A stretch of DNA of 47,431 nt, filler included, from Bacteroidales bacterium (GCA_035389045.1; 13 parts of 13 records of this genome joined end to end with filler, not necessarily neighbours in it); one strand, 5' to 3'. Positions 1-10,351 are shown, counted from the first letter of the whole stretch. Notes: generated by a model from the sequence alone, not told the origin. Program-made: numbers and translations.

Positions 1-1
1 C

Positions 2-1696
2 CCAGCAGCCCAGATTACCAGCCCTGAAATAATATGTTCCGGAAGAAGTCACTGCACGTGTTGTCGTTGGAGTACCAGTTGATGTGCCATTACTAGTGGT
101 TCCCTGCCAGTAAATGGTTCCATTCGTCCCGCCTGTAGCGGTGAGTGTTTTACTGTCGCAATACGTACCGTCACCATAAGCTGTAACAGCACCTGGTATA
201 GTTGTTATTGTCACTGCTGCACTGCCTTGAGTTCCCCAACCACAACTGGTGTTATATGCACGGAAATAATATGTATTTGATGATGATACTGTTTGAGAGG
301 TTGCTGGCGTTAATGTAGAGGTGCCGCCACTAGTTGTACCCTGCCAATAAATAGTGCCATCGGTACCGCCGGTAGCTGTCAGCGTGTGACTGCCGCAATA
401 GGCACCCGCACCATAAACTGTAACAGGATCAGGAGACGGGTAAATTGTCACAGCGGCACTGCTCTGGTTACCCCAACATCCCTGATTATAAGCCCGGAAG
501 TAATAAGTTCCGGAAGACGTAACTGTATAGGCAGTAGTAGCTAAAGCTGTGGACGTACCGCCACTGGTTGTACCCTGCCAATAAATTGTGCCGCTGGTGC
601 CTCCTGTTGCTGTGAGCGTTTTACTATCACAATAAGTTCCTGGGCCATTTACTGCTACTCCCCCTGGTGTTGCCGTTACGGTTATTGTAACGGTACAACA
701 ATTCAGTGAGAATCCTGAGGCATTATAACCTCTTGCATAATAAATGGTGGTTGAGGCGGGAGAAACAGGATAGGCTGCACCCGGAGAACTTGTAAATACC
801 TGCCCTGATGTAGCACAGCCACTCGTAAACCAATAGATGGATGTTGCACCACTTGAAGTAGCCGAAATATTTGCACTCGCCCCACTGCATATTGTAGTGG
901 TACCTGAACAAACAGGGTCTAATGGAACAGCGGGCAACATAACTGTTGCGGGAATAGTGTTTTCAGAAAAAAACAACACTGAAGCGGGATCTTCCATACA
1001 ATTCACTTCAATTTCAGCCATCTCAATTTCGCTGCAGTCCTCGTCAAAAGGCAACAGCTCATTCGATAGATCATCATCATCAACAACATCAGCACGTAAA
1101 TTCCCTTTCCCGATACCGGAAAGAGCTGAAGCATCTTGCATAGGAGCACATCTGTTCCGTAACGAAAGATCAGAATCAATATCATTACCGGGTACAACCT
1201 CCGATACCTCATCGGCTCTATTCTCAGAGCTATTTAATAAAATTGCATCTTTCGCCTCATCAATTTCGGTTATTACCACATCGGCGCGTGCAGGATATGT
1301 TTCATAACCGGCCAACCCAGCAAAAGTTCCATGATTGGAAGATATTGCAACAAAATTAACAGGATTGGAATTTAAAAACCCGCAACCAACTTGAGAAAAA
1401 TATTTTGCATGATCGCCAGTAACAGCGATCCAGTTCAAACTATAATCAGCATTTAAGAAATTGAATACCTCGTAACAACAAATTTCCCCGTAGTGGTATG
1501 TCAAGGATTTTATGTTAGAAAGAAAAATTTTACTATCAGAAGAAACTTCTTCCTGAATTTTTTTCTGAGAAATGCAAATTGTTGCGCCAGATGAGAACTG
1601 GAAAATCCCGCAAAGCATAATTCCGAACACAAAAACCCTGAGCATTTTAAAAGCATCGTTGGTAGCTTTTGTCTGTGGTTGGGTAAATTTTTTCAT
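2..1696 (-). CDS. Large secreted protein, N-terminal part, with at least 3 tandem Ig-like repeats of about 78 aa; runs off the window start
   Basis: Hand translation from ATG 1696 (MKKFTQPQTKATNDAFKMLRVFVFGIMLC...) stays in frame to position 2. An acidic linker is followed by repeats YCxSxTLTATGGTxGTIYWQGTTSxGTS...TYYFRA. Absent from the ORF track because no stop lies in the window. Confidence 0.85.
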   Translation of the reverse strand, partial: MKKFTQPQTKATNDAFKMLRVFVFGIMLCGIFQFSSGATICISQKKIQEEVSSDSKIFLSNIKSLTYHYGEICCYEVFNFLNADYSLNWIAVTGDHAKYFSQVGCGFLNSNPVNFVAISSNHGTFAGLAGYETYPARADVVITEIDEAKDAILLNSSENRADEVSEVVPGNDIDSDLSLRNRCAPMQDASALSGIGKGNLRADVVDDDDLSNELLPFDEDCSEIEMAEIEVNCMEDPASVLFFSENTIPATVMLPAVPLDPVCSGTTTICSGASANISATSSGATSIYWFTSGCATSGQVFTSSPGAAYPVSPASTTIYYARGYNASGFSLNCCTVTITVTATPGGVAVNGPGTYCDSKTLTATGGTSGTIYWQGTTSGGTSTALATTAYTVTSSGTYYFRAYNQGCWGNQSSAAVTIYPSPDPVTVYGAGAYCGSHTLTATGGTDGTIYWQGTTSGGTSTLTPATSQTVSSSNTYYFRAYNTSCGWGTQGSAAVTITTIPGAVTAYGDGTYCDSKTLTATGGTNGTIYWQGTTSNGTSTGTPTTTRAVTSSGTYYFRAGNLGCW

Positions 1697-2175
1697 ATGC
1701 TGCTCCGTTTAATTTATTAAATTAGTTTATTTTATTTGCTAAAGTTTTATTTTATATTTGATAAAAGTAACAAAGATAACATACAATAATGTCAAATACA
1801 CAAAAAAAAACGCTTTTTTTGTTAAAAATTTTTTAAAAAAATCTTAATTCTACTAACAATTTAATTATCTGGATTTTGCGTAACTAAATTTATCAAAAAA
1901 ACATTATGAATTTTAGATTTTTTTCAACAGGTATTTGTTAATTCTATTGAAATAGTAACCAAGTATAGAATCAACCAATTTAAACATTACAAATTTTTAT
2001 TATTTCTTAATTTTCAATTAATTAATTTACACTTTCATACAAGACTAAAGGTCGAAATAATCAGATCAAAAAGAATTAATAAGAAATGCTATTGCATATA
2101 TTTTTATTAAAAATTTTTATAAAAAATCCGCTCCATTAAATGAACTTAGATTCAAATTGAAGTACATAATAATCA

Positions 2176-2305
2176 GAGTTTGTCCATAATGTCCGATTTC
2201 TTTTCTGTTCGTCCGCCAGTTGGCGAACTCCTTGATTTTCAAGACTACGAAAGCCTCGAACTCGAACATTCTGGTTCAAACTCTGACCCTATAGAAACAG
2301 GCACT
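2176..2305. mobile_element. MITE-like element, degenerate copy A
   Basis: Starts GAGTTTGTCCATAATGTCCGA and shares TCCGCCAGTTGGCG and TCGAACATTCTGGTTCAAACTCTGAC with 2764-2935; right end is decayed. Confidence 0.6.
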
Positions 2306-2331
2306 AATTAGTTCTTTTTCGAAAACTATTT

Positions 2332-2531
2332 AGTGTCTGAACGAAAAACTCCATTTTCTTCCCCGCCTGTCCCAGTCGGGCAGGGTTACGCTTGCTCCAA
2401 AAATGCTCATTTACCCCAGTAAACTCGGCTTTTTGTCGCTTCGCAAGCCCGCCTGAATGACGCAGTCGGGCAGGCCTGCCTGGCTGGCCAGTCAGACAGG
2501 CCTCGAAACTGAACTTTTCGATTCAGACACT
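2332..2531. mobile_element. MITE-like element with terminal inverted repeats and internal GC-rich hairpins
   Basis: AGTGTCTGAACGAAAA ... TTTTCGATTCAGACACT inverted ends, with a weaker outer IR (TAATTAGTT 2305 / AACTAATTA 2555); no ORF. Confidence 0.6.
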
Positions 2532-2763
2532 GAGTTTCCGCTCAGAAACTAATTACCGGAATAAATCATTTTATTGTCGTGCCAAAAAATCATTTTTTAA
2601 ATATGCTTTTAGAAATAAAGTTTATCGTAACACAGAAAACTTATTTTTCGAATTGCAGAGCACCTGACTGATTAACAATAGCGAGGCAGACATGGTGGCT
2701 GATTTTTACTTTGTTTTATATATTATTAATATAATATTTTACGTTTTATGAATTCAATAAAAA

Positions 2764-2935
2764 GAGTTTGTCCATTATGTCCGACTTCATCCCTGACTGA
2801 CTGACGCCAGTCGGGCAGAGTTATTCTTGACCTTCAAACCAGTCATCCGCCAGTTGGCGGACTCCTGTTTTTCAGGTCGTCGAAAACCTCAAATTCGAAC
2901 ATTCTGGTTCAAACTCTGACTTTATGGACAGACTC
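2764..2935. mobile_element. MITE-like element, copy B (172 bp)
   Basis: Imperfect 18-bp TIR GAGTTTGTCCATTATGTC ... GACTTTATGGACAGACTC; homologous to 2176-2305. Confidence 0.65.
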
Positions 2936-3106
2936 GAAATAGTTTCACTGCAATAATAGTATAATAAACAATCTATATTATTTATTATATCTTTTTTATA
3001 AAACATTATTTTGCAACAACATACTTTGTATATATCAAAAAAACATCTTAATTCAAAATGAAATACAAAAATAAGAATCTATATTTATCTACAATAAAAA
3101 GTGATG

Positions 3107-5464
3107 TTAATATTCTCCAATAATAAAACCGCCCTGTGTTCCCCCACCCGGACCAAGTTCAATATATTTTGCTGCCGCCTTGACCAAAAGAGGCTCATGA
3201 GTAACACAAACAATAGTATTACTATCCATTATTATTTCATTGAACAGGTTAATAATTTTTATGATATCTTTCGGATGCAAACCACCAGTGGGTTCATCAA
3301 GCAGAAATAACGTATTATTACCTTTTTTTGATGAAAGTCCCAAAACTAATTTCAAACGCTGTAACTCACCTGTAGACATCGTATTTAAAGAACGACAACT
3401 GTTCAGATATTCTATGCCGGTTTTCTTTAGAATAGAGAGCATATTTCTGACAACCAATCCAGATCTGCCAGGAAGATAACTATCAAAAAACAAGGATAAT
3501 TCATTAAATGGAATTTGCAATACATCAAAAACTGTTTGTCCATCAATGGATATTCCCAGGATTTCATCTTTAAATCCTGTACCTCCGCATCGTTCACAGG
3601 GAGAAACAACATCATTGAAAAAATCCATGGCTACCTGACTGAGGCCTGTGCCATCACATGCTACACAACGACTATCGCGCGATCCCTTAATAAAATGAGA
3701 GGTTTTTAAACCCCGCTTTTCACTTTCATCACAATTTGCAAATATTTTGGCTATTACTTCTGATATTCCGAGTTTATTACCAATAGTCGTATGATTCCCT
3801 TTGCCAGGTCCGGATTGCCCGATAAAAACAACATCAGAAAAATTTTCAAAACCATAAAAACTTTCACAAAAGACCGGTTTTCTTACAGAAAAACTAGAAA
3901 AAATTACATTTTCTAGTAGGCTGGTTTTACCACTACCACTTACACCAGTAATTACGGTCATCATCCCGGCCATTATGGTTACATCAATATTCCTGAGGTT
4001 ATTTGCATGGGCATTATTGATACTAATCGCCCGCTCCAAAATATTTTTATTGAATACCGGTTGTGAGTTAACTATTTTAACATCAATACTATCAGAACCA
4101 GATCCTTCATATATTAACCGTCCCCCCTCCTTCCCGGCACCCGGGCCAAGTTCAATAATATGTTCAGATTTTTTCAGCAGCATCGGAGCATGTTCAACCA
4201 TGATAATACTGTTGCCATGTTTATTCAAATTCTCTATCAGTTCTGAGATACGCCTCACATCTTTTGGGTGTAAGCCAAAGGATGGTTCGTCAAGGACATA
4301 GGCAACACCTGTAAGCGGCGATCTGACCAGTCCAGCCAATTGCAACCTCTGGAATTCGCCCCCCGAAAGAGTTCCAATTGTTCTTGATGCGGAAACATAA
4401 CCCAAACCAGCTTTTTGCAAAGCAAGCAGGTACCTTATGATCGCAGGTTGAAAAACAGCTGCGGCATTTTTGGACAGATCATCCTCAAATATGCAAAAAA
4501 AATCACTGGAAAACCATTTTAATGCATCATCAGCTGTCATATCGGTAAGTTGGCCAATATGCATTCCGTCTAAAACAAATTCAAGCCATTCCGGTTTCAG
4601 GCGATAACCAAAACAATGAGGACACTTAGCTGCTGTCATCACCTCCATCAATTCATCACCGCGTGCATCGGCATGTTTGCGGACATATTCTGCTTCTACT
4701 AATTTTAAAAATCCCGGCCAGGTTGATTTAAGTTTATGAATTCCTGTATGTACTCCACGCTTATAACGCCATTCGACATCAAAGATTTCATTTCCGCAAC
4801 CCTTCATGGCCATCTCTTTGGCTTTTTCATCCAGTTCATTATAGGCAACAGAAAAATCTATTCCATATTTTTCTCCAACGGTCAACAGTGCTGCGACATA
4901 TTGCCCAGATGGTTCACTATAAAAACGTCCGGCCCGGCTGCCATTCAGCGCCCCGGCAATCAACGGCTTTGACACATCGGAGACCAGTTTATACTGATCA
5001 CATAACATAATACTTCCCAAACCTGTACATACCGGGCAGGCTCCTTCTTCACTATTAAATGAGAATGCTGTTGACAAAGGCTGGGTATTGCCGGATTTTG
5101 ACGCTGACAACCTGCTGAATAATAAACGATACAAATCATAAAGCCCGGTGTAGGTAGCAATGGTGGAGCGGGGATTTTTTACCGGATTTTTTTTTGGTAA
5201 GCGAACTGCAGGAATTAATCCATGAATTTCACGCACTACCGGGACCCCTGCTTTAACAGAATACTGCCTGCTATAAGATGATAGTCCTTCAAGAAATCTC
5301 CGTTGGCTTTCAGCATACAGTGTGCCATAAACAAGAGACGATTTTCCGCTTCCCGACACGCCTGTAACCGCAGTAATTCCATCAGCCGGAAAAGTAACAT
5401 CAATATTTTTGAGGTTATTGGTTTGCGCTCCCATCAAATGAATGGGTGCTTTGATTGTTTCAAC
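3107..5464 (-). CDS. uvrA: UvrA-family excinuclease ATPase, 5'-truncated at the contig end
   Basis: Two Walker A motifs (GVSGSGKS, GVSGSGKT), LSGGE signature, LDEP Walker B and CxxC zinc motifs. The frame is open upstream of the track start to the contig edge (VETIKAPIHLMGAQTNNLK). Confidence 0.9.
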   Translation of the reverse strand, partial: VETIKAPIHLMGAQTNNLKNIDVTFPADGITAVTGVSGSGKSSLVYGTLYAESQRRFLEGLSSYSRQYSVKAGVPVVREIHGLIPAVRLPKKNPVKNPRSTIATYTGLYDLYRLLFSRLSASKSGNTQPLSTAFSFNSEEGACPVCTGLGSIMLCDQYKLVSDVSKPLIAGALNGSRAGRFYSEPSGQYVAALLTVGEKYGIDFSVAYNELDEKAKEMAMKGCGNEIFDVEWRYKRGVHTGIHKLKSTWPGFLKLVEAEYVRKHADARGDELMEVMTAAKCPHCFGYRLKPEWLEFVLDGMHIGQLTDMTADDALKWFSSDFFCIFEDDLSKNAAAVFQPAIIRYLLALQKAGLGYVSASRTIGTLSGGEFQRLQLAGLVRSPLTGVAYVLDEPSFGLHPKDVRRISELIENLNKHGNSIIMVEHAPMLLKKSEHIIELGPGAGKEGGRLIYEGSGSDSIDVKIVNSQPVFNKNILERAISINNAHANNLRNIDVTIMAGMMTVITGVSGSGKTSLLENVIFSSFSVRKPVFCESFYGFENFSDVVFIGQSGPGKGNHTTIGNKLGISEVIAKIFANCDESEKRGLKTSHFIKGSRDSRCVACDGTGLSQVAMDFFNDVVSPCERCGGTGFKDEILGISIDGQTVFDVLQIPFNELSLFFDSYLPGRSGLVVRNMLSILKKTGIEYLNSCRSLNTMSTGELQRLKLVLGLSSKKGNNTLFLLDEPTGGLHPKDIIKIINLFNEIIMDSNTIVCVTHEPLLVKAAAKYIELGPGGGTQGGFIIGEY

Positions 5465-5564
5465 NNNNNNNNNNNNNNNNNNNNNNNNNNNNNNNNNNNN
5501 NNNNNNNNTTAATTAATTAANNNNNNNNNNNNNNNNNNNNNNNNNNNNNNNNNNNNNNNNNNNN
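5465..5564. other. Artificial contig linker N44-TTAATTAATTAA-N44, first of 12 (others start at 10352, 15115, 19135, 22867, 26596, 30193, 33424, 36589, 39696, 42467, 45069)
   Basis: Identical 100-nt spacer with six-frame stops; contig sizes decrease monotonically. Confidence 0.98.
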
Positions 5565-5627
5565 AGTTAGGAGTTAGGAGTCGGGAGTTGGGAGTCGGGA
5601 GTCGGGCGGTCCCGATAGCTATCGGGA
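5565..5627 (+). repeat. Heptamer tandem repeat (GGAGTYR) followed by perfect 18-bp palindrome TCCCGATAGCTATCGGGA
   Basis: agttaggagttaggagtcgggagttgggagtcgggagtcggg, then the palindrome at 5610-5627. Confidence 0.85.
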
Positions 5628-5650
5628 AGGAGTTGGAAGACGAAAGCCTC

Positions 5651-5740
5651 GTTCGGGATAGGCTCCAGCCCCTCGTTCGGCATAGGCTCCAGCCTGAGCC
5701 GTTATTATTTATGCAGGCTCCTGCCTGTTAAATTAAAATG
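5651..5740 (+). repeat. REP-like family GTTCGGCTTAGGCTCCAGCCTRAGCCG plus CAGGCTCCTGCCTGTT, cluster 1
   Basis: Hairpin copies at 5651 and 5675; same family at 8713-8762 and 10184-10351. Confidence 0.8.
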
Positions 5741-5791
5741 TCCCGAGGTAGATCATTATTGAAGATCAGGAGTTTTTAACAGCCCAAAGAT

Positions 5792-8509
5792 TTACTGCTT
5801 TATAAATTTCAACACACCGATCTTTTTTTCTGTTTGTAATTTCACAAAATACATGCCTCTTGAAAGGTCAGAAATATCAATATTTGTTTTATCTCCATTT
5901 GCATATATCCTTTTGATCAATTGTCCCTGGAAATTAATAATTTCAATTTCCGATCTTATATTGGTTTCAACAGTAATGTAATCATTTGCCGGGTTTGGGT
6001 AAATATTGAATTGAAGATGCTGCTTATGGCGATCATCGATTCCTGAAATTGAGCTTCCGCAGGGTGTATGATCTTTTCGAAAGTAGCTTCTGATACTGTC
6101 AATTCTCTGATTCATCACGGTTATAGCAGCTAACTCATCCGGATCTGTAAAATCTCTTCCATACACAAAAGCAACATCTATTTCCTGTATTTCAGCAGGA
6201 GTAAAAGTAAATGGCCCGGTGGAACCGATCCCTCTGCGGTCATATGGTATATTGCCGGCTTGTGTTTCATTCCAGTAAGGTGGGTGAGCAACCGCGACTC
6301 CATCAGTGCCCCAGTCACAAGGATCTGAATCGCCGGGAAACATAAAATTACATGCCGGGCCGGTAGCGCCTGCTGATGGATGTCCGTTGCCCCAATATTT
6401 CAAGTGTACTCCGTCTTTCCAGAAACCCCGCAAATAGTTATAATAGTCAGCAGCGGTATCAGGAATAGTCAAGGAACCAAAGCCACCAATGCCGTTAGGA
6501 ATGATAAAACCACTCATACCATGATGCTCATCATCGGTAATACCATTGCCAAAATTGAAGCCATTCAATCCTTCATCACACAAGCCGGCAGGATTGTCTG
6601 TACCATCATCATCCATTTTAGCGCCTGAGAGGAAAACAATTGACTGAGCAGGCGGATTTGCGCCATATCCGAGAGGATTGACATACCCCTGATCGATACT
6701 ATCTCCGTTATAAGCATAAAAAGCGCCTCTTGTAACATCGCTGGCAATGAAATCATCATCAGGACCGCCTAATGCCACATCAATATATAACCCTATAAAA
6801 GAACTATCGTAAGTTGACGCAGAACGATTGAAGATTTTATAATTGAGAAAAACAGTGTTCCACAACGCTGAATCGGCATTGCAATCAAAACTATATGCCA
6901 TAGCATGCACTTCGATCCTTAACTTATTACCTTCGCTTTCCGTATGTGGTTTACGGTCGTCATTGAAAATAAAGAGAACAGTTTCGTCGCCTTTGATCAG
7001 AGGAAAATCTCCGGCGAAAGGATCATAAATACCATCGTTATTCCAGTCTTTGAAAGGAGCCAGAATTGGCGCTTGTCCCAGGGCTGTATCACCGTTTCCG
7101 GGCCAATTGATCAATGCCTGTGAAGGAATATATCCCGGGTCGAAGCAATGAGCCATGTGATTATCAATATCCGACTTTTTTATTCTCCACACCCTGTTCC
7201 ATTTTTCCGACTCCTGCGAATAGAAAGCAGAATCCATAACAGGTCCGGGGAAATAATCAAATCCCTTGCCATGATATAGTTCGCCTGCCACATGCAGTTG
7301 ACCATTGGCATCTTTTCCGCCAACCCACAATGTCCCGGAAAACAAGGTATTTCTTCCGCTGCCCTTTGGAACTTCAAAAGTTGGAGTACCATTAAAATCC
7401 CAGAATAGCTGCCCGCCGGCATTAAATCTTGCCTTAATATTATTTGCTGATAAAAAATCATAAGCATCATACATCGTACCTTCATTAAAATTCAATGATT
7501 TCAGTTTGATCACTTTGCCGGGCGCGCTTCCTACTGACCATAATATATTATTCATATCGGAACAGATGTAATATGGTCTAAACTGGTAATATCCAGCCAA
7601 TAAAAAAATATAATTCATATAATAAGCTAAATATGAATCATCTGATGGGTTTACTTTGATAATAAACTGATCTGATGGGCCGAACTGCGGAGCAGCATAA
7701 TTTAGCAGTCCGGGTATTAAAACTTCATTATGTATGTTAGTAGTAATCGACCAGACTTCTATGGAATCATTTTTCTGAGGAATATTACAAATGGCTGTAA
7801 GGGGTTTGAACACATTATTGCTCATCCGGTATGCACCTGCCTTTGTGCCTATCCACAAATTGTTGTTTATATCATTTTTCAAACAGTGAATATGGCTGCT
7901 TTTCAATCCCGAATTCAAACTGTCATAATTCGTGAAAAAATTATTGTACAAACACGACAAACCCCTGATCGTTCCGATCCACACAGTATTGTTGTCAGCA
8001 AACTCGATTGATGTAATCGTGTCATTGACAAGGCCGGAATTTAATGAATAATAATATTGCCAATACTGACCATTATATATTGCCAGACCTTTGTTGGTGC
8101 CGACCCACAGCTTACCATTCCCATAATTAACAGCATTTACATGATTATTCAACAAACCATTAGCCGTATCATATAGTGTCCAGGACGAATTTCCGTCGAA
8201 TTTGGCAAGCCCCTTTTTTGTTCCCGCATAAATATCATTATTATATACAAACAGGCAGGTCATTTTGTCAGAAGGCAATGTTGAATTTGAAGTATCATAC
8301 ATGGTCCATGCAGTGCCGTCAAATTTTCCCAGGCCAATGGATGCGTAGGCTACCCATTTATTGTTCGAAGCATCTATTTCCAAACCTGATTTAAATTCTA
8401 ACTGCCCGAACGAATAACCGTCCGGATCGGGATAAATGGTAACTCCATCCTGTCCGTATCCACATAAATACGGAACTATCAGTAATAAAAAAAAGAATAA
8501 TTTTCTCAT
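5792..8509 (-). CDS. T9SS type A secreted protein with N-terminal regulator-propeller-like repeats
   Basis: Signal peptide; repeats of the form LWxGTxxGL...NSGL; C-terminal IYPNPA...LSRGMYFVKL...KFIKQ. Confidence 0.85.
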   Translation of the reverse strand: MRKLFFFLLLIVPYLCGYGQDGVTIYPDPDGYSFGQLEFKSGLEIDASNNKWVAYASIGLGKFDGTAWTMYDTSNSTLPSDKMTCLFVYNNDIYAGTKKGLAKFDGNSSWTLYDTANGLLNNHVNAVNYGNGKLWVGTNKGLAIYNGQYWQYYYSLNSGLVNDTITSIEFADNNTVWIGTIRGLSCLYNNFFTNYDSLNSGLKSSHIHCLKNDINNNLWIGTKAGAYRMSNNVFKPLTAICNIPQKNDSIEVWSITTNIHNEVLIPGLLNYAAPQFGPSDQFIIKVNPSDDSYLAYYMNYIFLLAGYYQFRPYYICSDMNNILWSVGSAPGKVIKLKSLNFNEGTMYDAYDFLSANNIKARFNAGGQLFWDFNGTPTFEVPKGSGRNTLFSGTLWVGGKDANGQLHVAGELYHGKGFDYFPGPVMDSAFYSQESEKWNRVWRIKKSDIDNHMAHCFDPGYIPSQALINWPGNGDTALGQAPILAPFKDWNNDGIYDPFAGDFPLIKGDETVLFIFNDDRKPHTESEGNKLRIEVHAMAYSFDCNADSALWNTVFLNYKIFNRSASTYDSSFIGLYIDVALGGPDDDFIASDVTRGAFYAYNGDSIDQGYVNPLGYGANPPAQSIVFLSGAKMDDDGTDNPAGLCDEGLNGFNFGNGITDDEHHGMSGFIIPNGIGGFGSLTIPDTAADYYNYLRGFWKDGVHLKYWGNGHPSAGATGPACNFMFPGDSDPCDWGTDGVAVAHPPYWNETQAGNIPYDRRGIGSTGPFTFTPAEIQEIDVAFVYGRDFTDPDELAAITVMNQRIDSIRSYFRKDHTPCGSSISGIDDRHKQHLQFNIYPNPANDYITVETNIRSEIEIINFQGQLIKRIYANGDKTNIDISDLSRGMYFVKLQTEKKIGVLKFIKQ

Positions 8510-8712
8510 GGCGTCAAAATAAATTATGATTCATTCTAAGATATTTAAAAAAAATCTAATTGATAAAGGTAAATATATTTGAATCATTATCAAAGAATAT
8601 TAACACAAAATCAGGTTTTGGTATCTTTTGATAAGTTAACGGTCAATCTGCCTTTAACATAGCAGGGGTGCATAAGTTTATTTAACCGGATTTAAAGTTT
8701 GAGACACTCCCG

Positions 8713-8762
8713 GTTCGGCCCAGTTCGGCTTAGGCCCGGTTTGGCTCAGGCTCCTGCCTGTT
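8713..8762 (+). repeat. REP-like family cluster 2 (degenerate)
   Basis: GTTCGGCCCAGTTCGGCTTAGGCCCGGTTTGGCTCAGGCTCCTGCCTGTT. Confidence 0.7.
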
Positions 8763-8869
8763 TTATAAAGTTGTCTTGATTTAAAATGCTATATGTGACA
8801 TCTGGTGAACGAACACTTACATTTTTTTGCTAAAAATAAAGGTAATGAAACTCATATTCCGATTTTTCC

Positions 8870-10075
8870 TTATGTTTCCAATAACCAATCAATTACGTTT
8901 TTCTTTTTTATTCCGTCAATTACAGCATTGTCATAATCAAGGGTTAAAAGAAATTTGGGATAATTGTCTTTGATACTTCTAAATGACGAAATTTCACGTT
9001 CAAATGTTTTTTCGTCATTAACAGAATAGGCTACCTGAAAATACTCCCGCTCATTATTAGCTTTCTGCAAAATAAAGTCAACTTCTTTGTCTTTGTTTTT
9101 GCCTACAAACACCATTCCACCGCGCCGCAAAAGTTCAAAATACACTACATTTTCCAATTTATGCCCGAAATCAGCATCGAATTTATTGGTCGACGTAATA
9201 TTTCTCAATCCTAAATCCACAACATAGTACTTTTCATTAGTGGACAAAAGCTCTTTTCCTTTTATATCGTAACGGGAAGCATTGTAAAGAATGTATGATT
9301 CAGTGAGATAACCGATTAGCTTTATAACAGTATTATGTGATATTTTCTTACCGGAGTACTTGTTCAATTGTTCGGCAATATTGGTAGGTGATACAAGCGA
9401 ACCCACAGCATCAAACAAAAATACGATAATTCGTTGTAAATTATTGATATTACGAAGCTTATGACGTATTATTATATCTTTCCCGATAACAGTATCGTAA
9501 ATAGATTTCAGGTAATCATTGACAAGTTCGGGGGCAGTTTTCGAAATATTGACAGCTTCAGGAAAGGCGCTACTGTTAAGATATTGCCGAAACAGGCGGT
9601 CTGTATTCTTTTCTTCAGGAAATGCAAGCGTATATTCGAGGAAAGAGAAAGGATGCAGATTGATTGCGATATAACGTCCTGTAAGCAATGTTGCCAGCTC
9701 ACCCGAAAGCAAGTAAGCATTAGAGCCCGTTATATATAGATCCACATCTTTCCTTACAAATAAACTATCTACGAGTTTCTCAAAATTTGTTACCAATTGT
9801 ACTTCGTCAAGAAAAACATAATTTTTTTGATTTCTTTTTGTTTTTGCTAAAATTTCGTCATACAAAGCAGTCCATTCGCAAAAACTGAGGTTTTCGCGTT
9901 CCTCAAAATTCATAAAAATGATATTCTCTGAATTTACTCCTGATTCCAACAACTTATTGCGAAATGCTTCCAAAAGGGTAGATTTACCGCAACGCCGCAC
10001 CCCAGTAATAACTTTGATTAAATCCTGATCGCGCAGCAAACAAAGTTTTTTAAGATATAATTCTCTTGTTATCAT
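8870..10075 (-). CDS. AAA_14 ATPase with DUF4143-type C-terminal domain
   Basis: ITGVRRCGKST, FLDEVQ, ITGSNA, LENVVYFEL and EVDF motifs. ATG 10075 is preferred because a TATCTTTG -7 box overlaps the GTG at 10090. Confidence 0.88.
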   Translation of the reverse strand: MITRELYLKKLCLLRDQDLIKVITGVRRCGKSTLLEAFRNKLLESGVNSENIIFMNFEERENLSFCEWTALYDEILAKTKRNQKNYVFLDEVQLVTNFEKLVDSLFVRKDVDLYITGSNAYLLSGELATLLTGRYIAINLHPFSFLEYTLAFPEEKNTDRLFRQYLNSSAFPEAVNISKTAPELVNDYLKSIYDTVIGKDIIIRHKLRNINNLQRIIVFLFDAVGSLVSPTNIAEQLNKYSGKKISHNTVIKLIGYLTESYILYNASRYDIKGKELLSTNEKYYVVDLGLRNITSTNKFDADFGHKLENVVYFELLRRGGMVFVGKNKDKEVDFILQKANNEREYFQVAYSVNDEKTFEREISSFRSIKDNYPKFLLTLDYDNAVIDGIKKKNVIDWLLET

Positions 10076-10183
10076 GGAATAATTTTTCACAAAGATAATA
10101 ATTATTGACGAAAAACCACACTTTTGAATATTTTCGTCAATAAGGTCTTATCTTCATTTCTAAACATCATGCTCAAACCCTGG

Positions 10184-10351
10184 CTCGGTTTAGTCTCCAA
10201 CCTAAGCCTTCATTATTCTCGTTCCGGTTCGGCTTAGGCTCCAGCCTAAGCCGTTTTTATTTTCACAGGCTCCTGCCTGTTATATTAAAATATTCTCCAT
10301 ATTTACAATTTCAAGACTCGTTCGGCTTAGGCTCCAGCCTGAGCCGTTATT
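10184..10351 (+). repeat. REP-like family cluster 3; the contig ends inside it
   Basis: Copies at 10184, 10227 and 10320; 10227-10292 matches 5675-5740. Confidence 0.8.

Noticed and set aside
703..1307. ORF-track calls at 703-1307 and 42101-42454
   Set aside because: They are shadow or off-frame ORFs of the real truncated genes at 2-1696 and 41988-42466.
5465..5564. Biological TTAATTAATTAA repeats and any gene linkage across the N runs
   Set aside because: These are artificial contig linkers. ORF-track entries running into X residues are artefacts, and adjacency of phage, hsdM and tRNA contigs is meaningless.
8870..10075. AAA_14/DUF4143 gene as a novel defence system
   Set aside because: It belongs to a common stand-alone family and has no partner genes in its contig.
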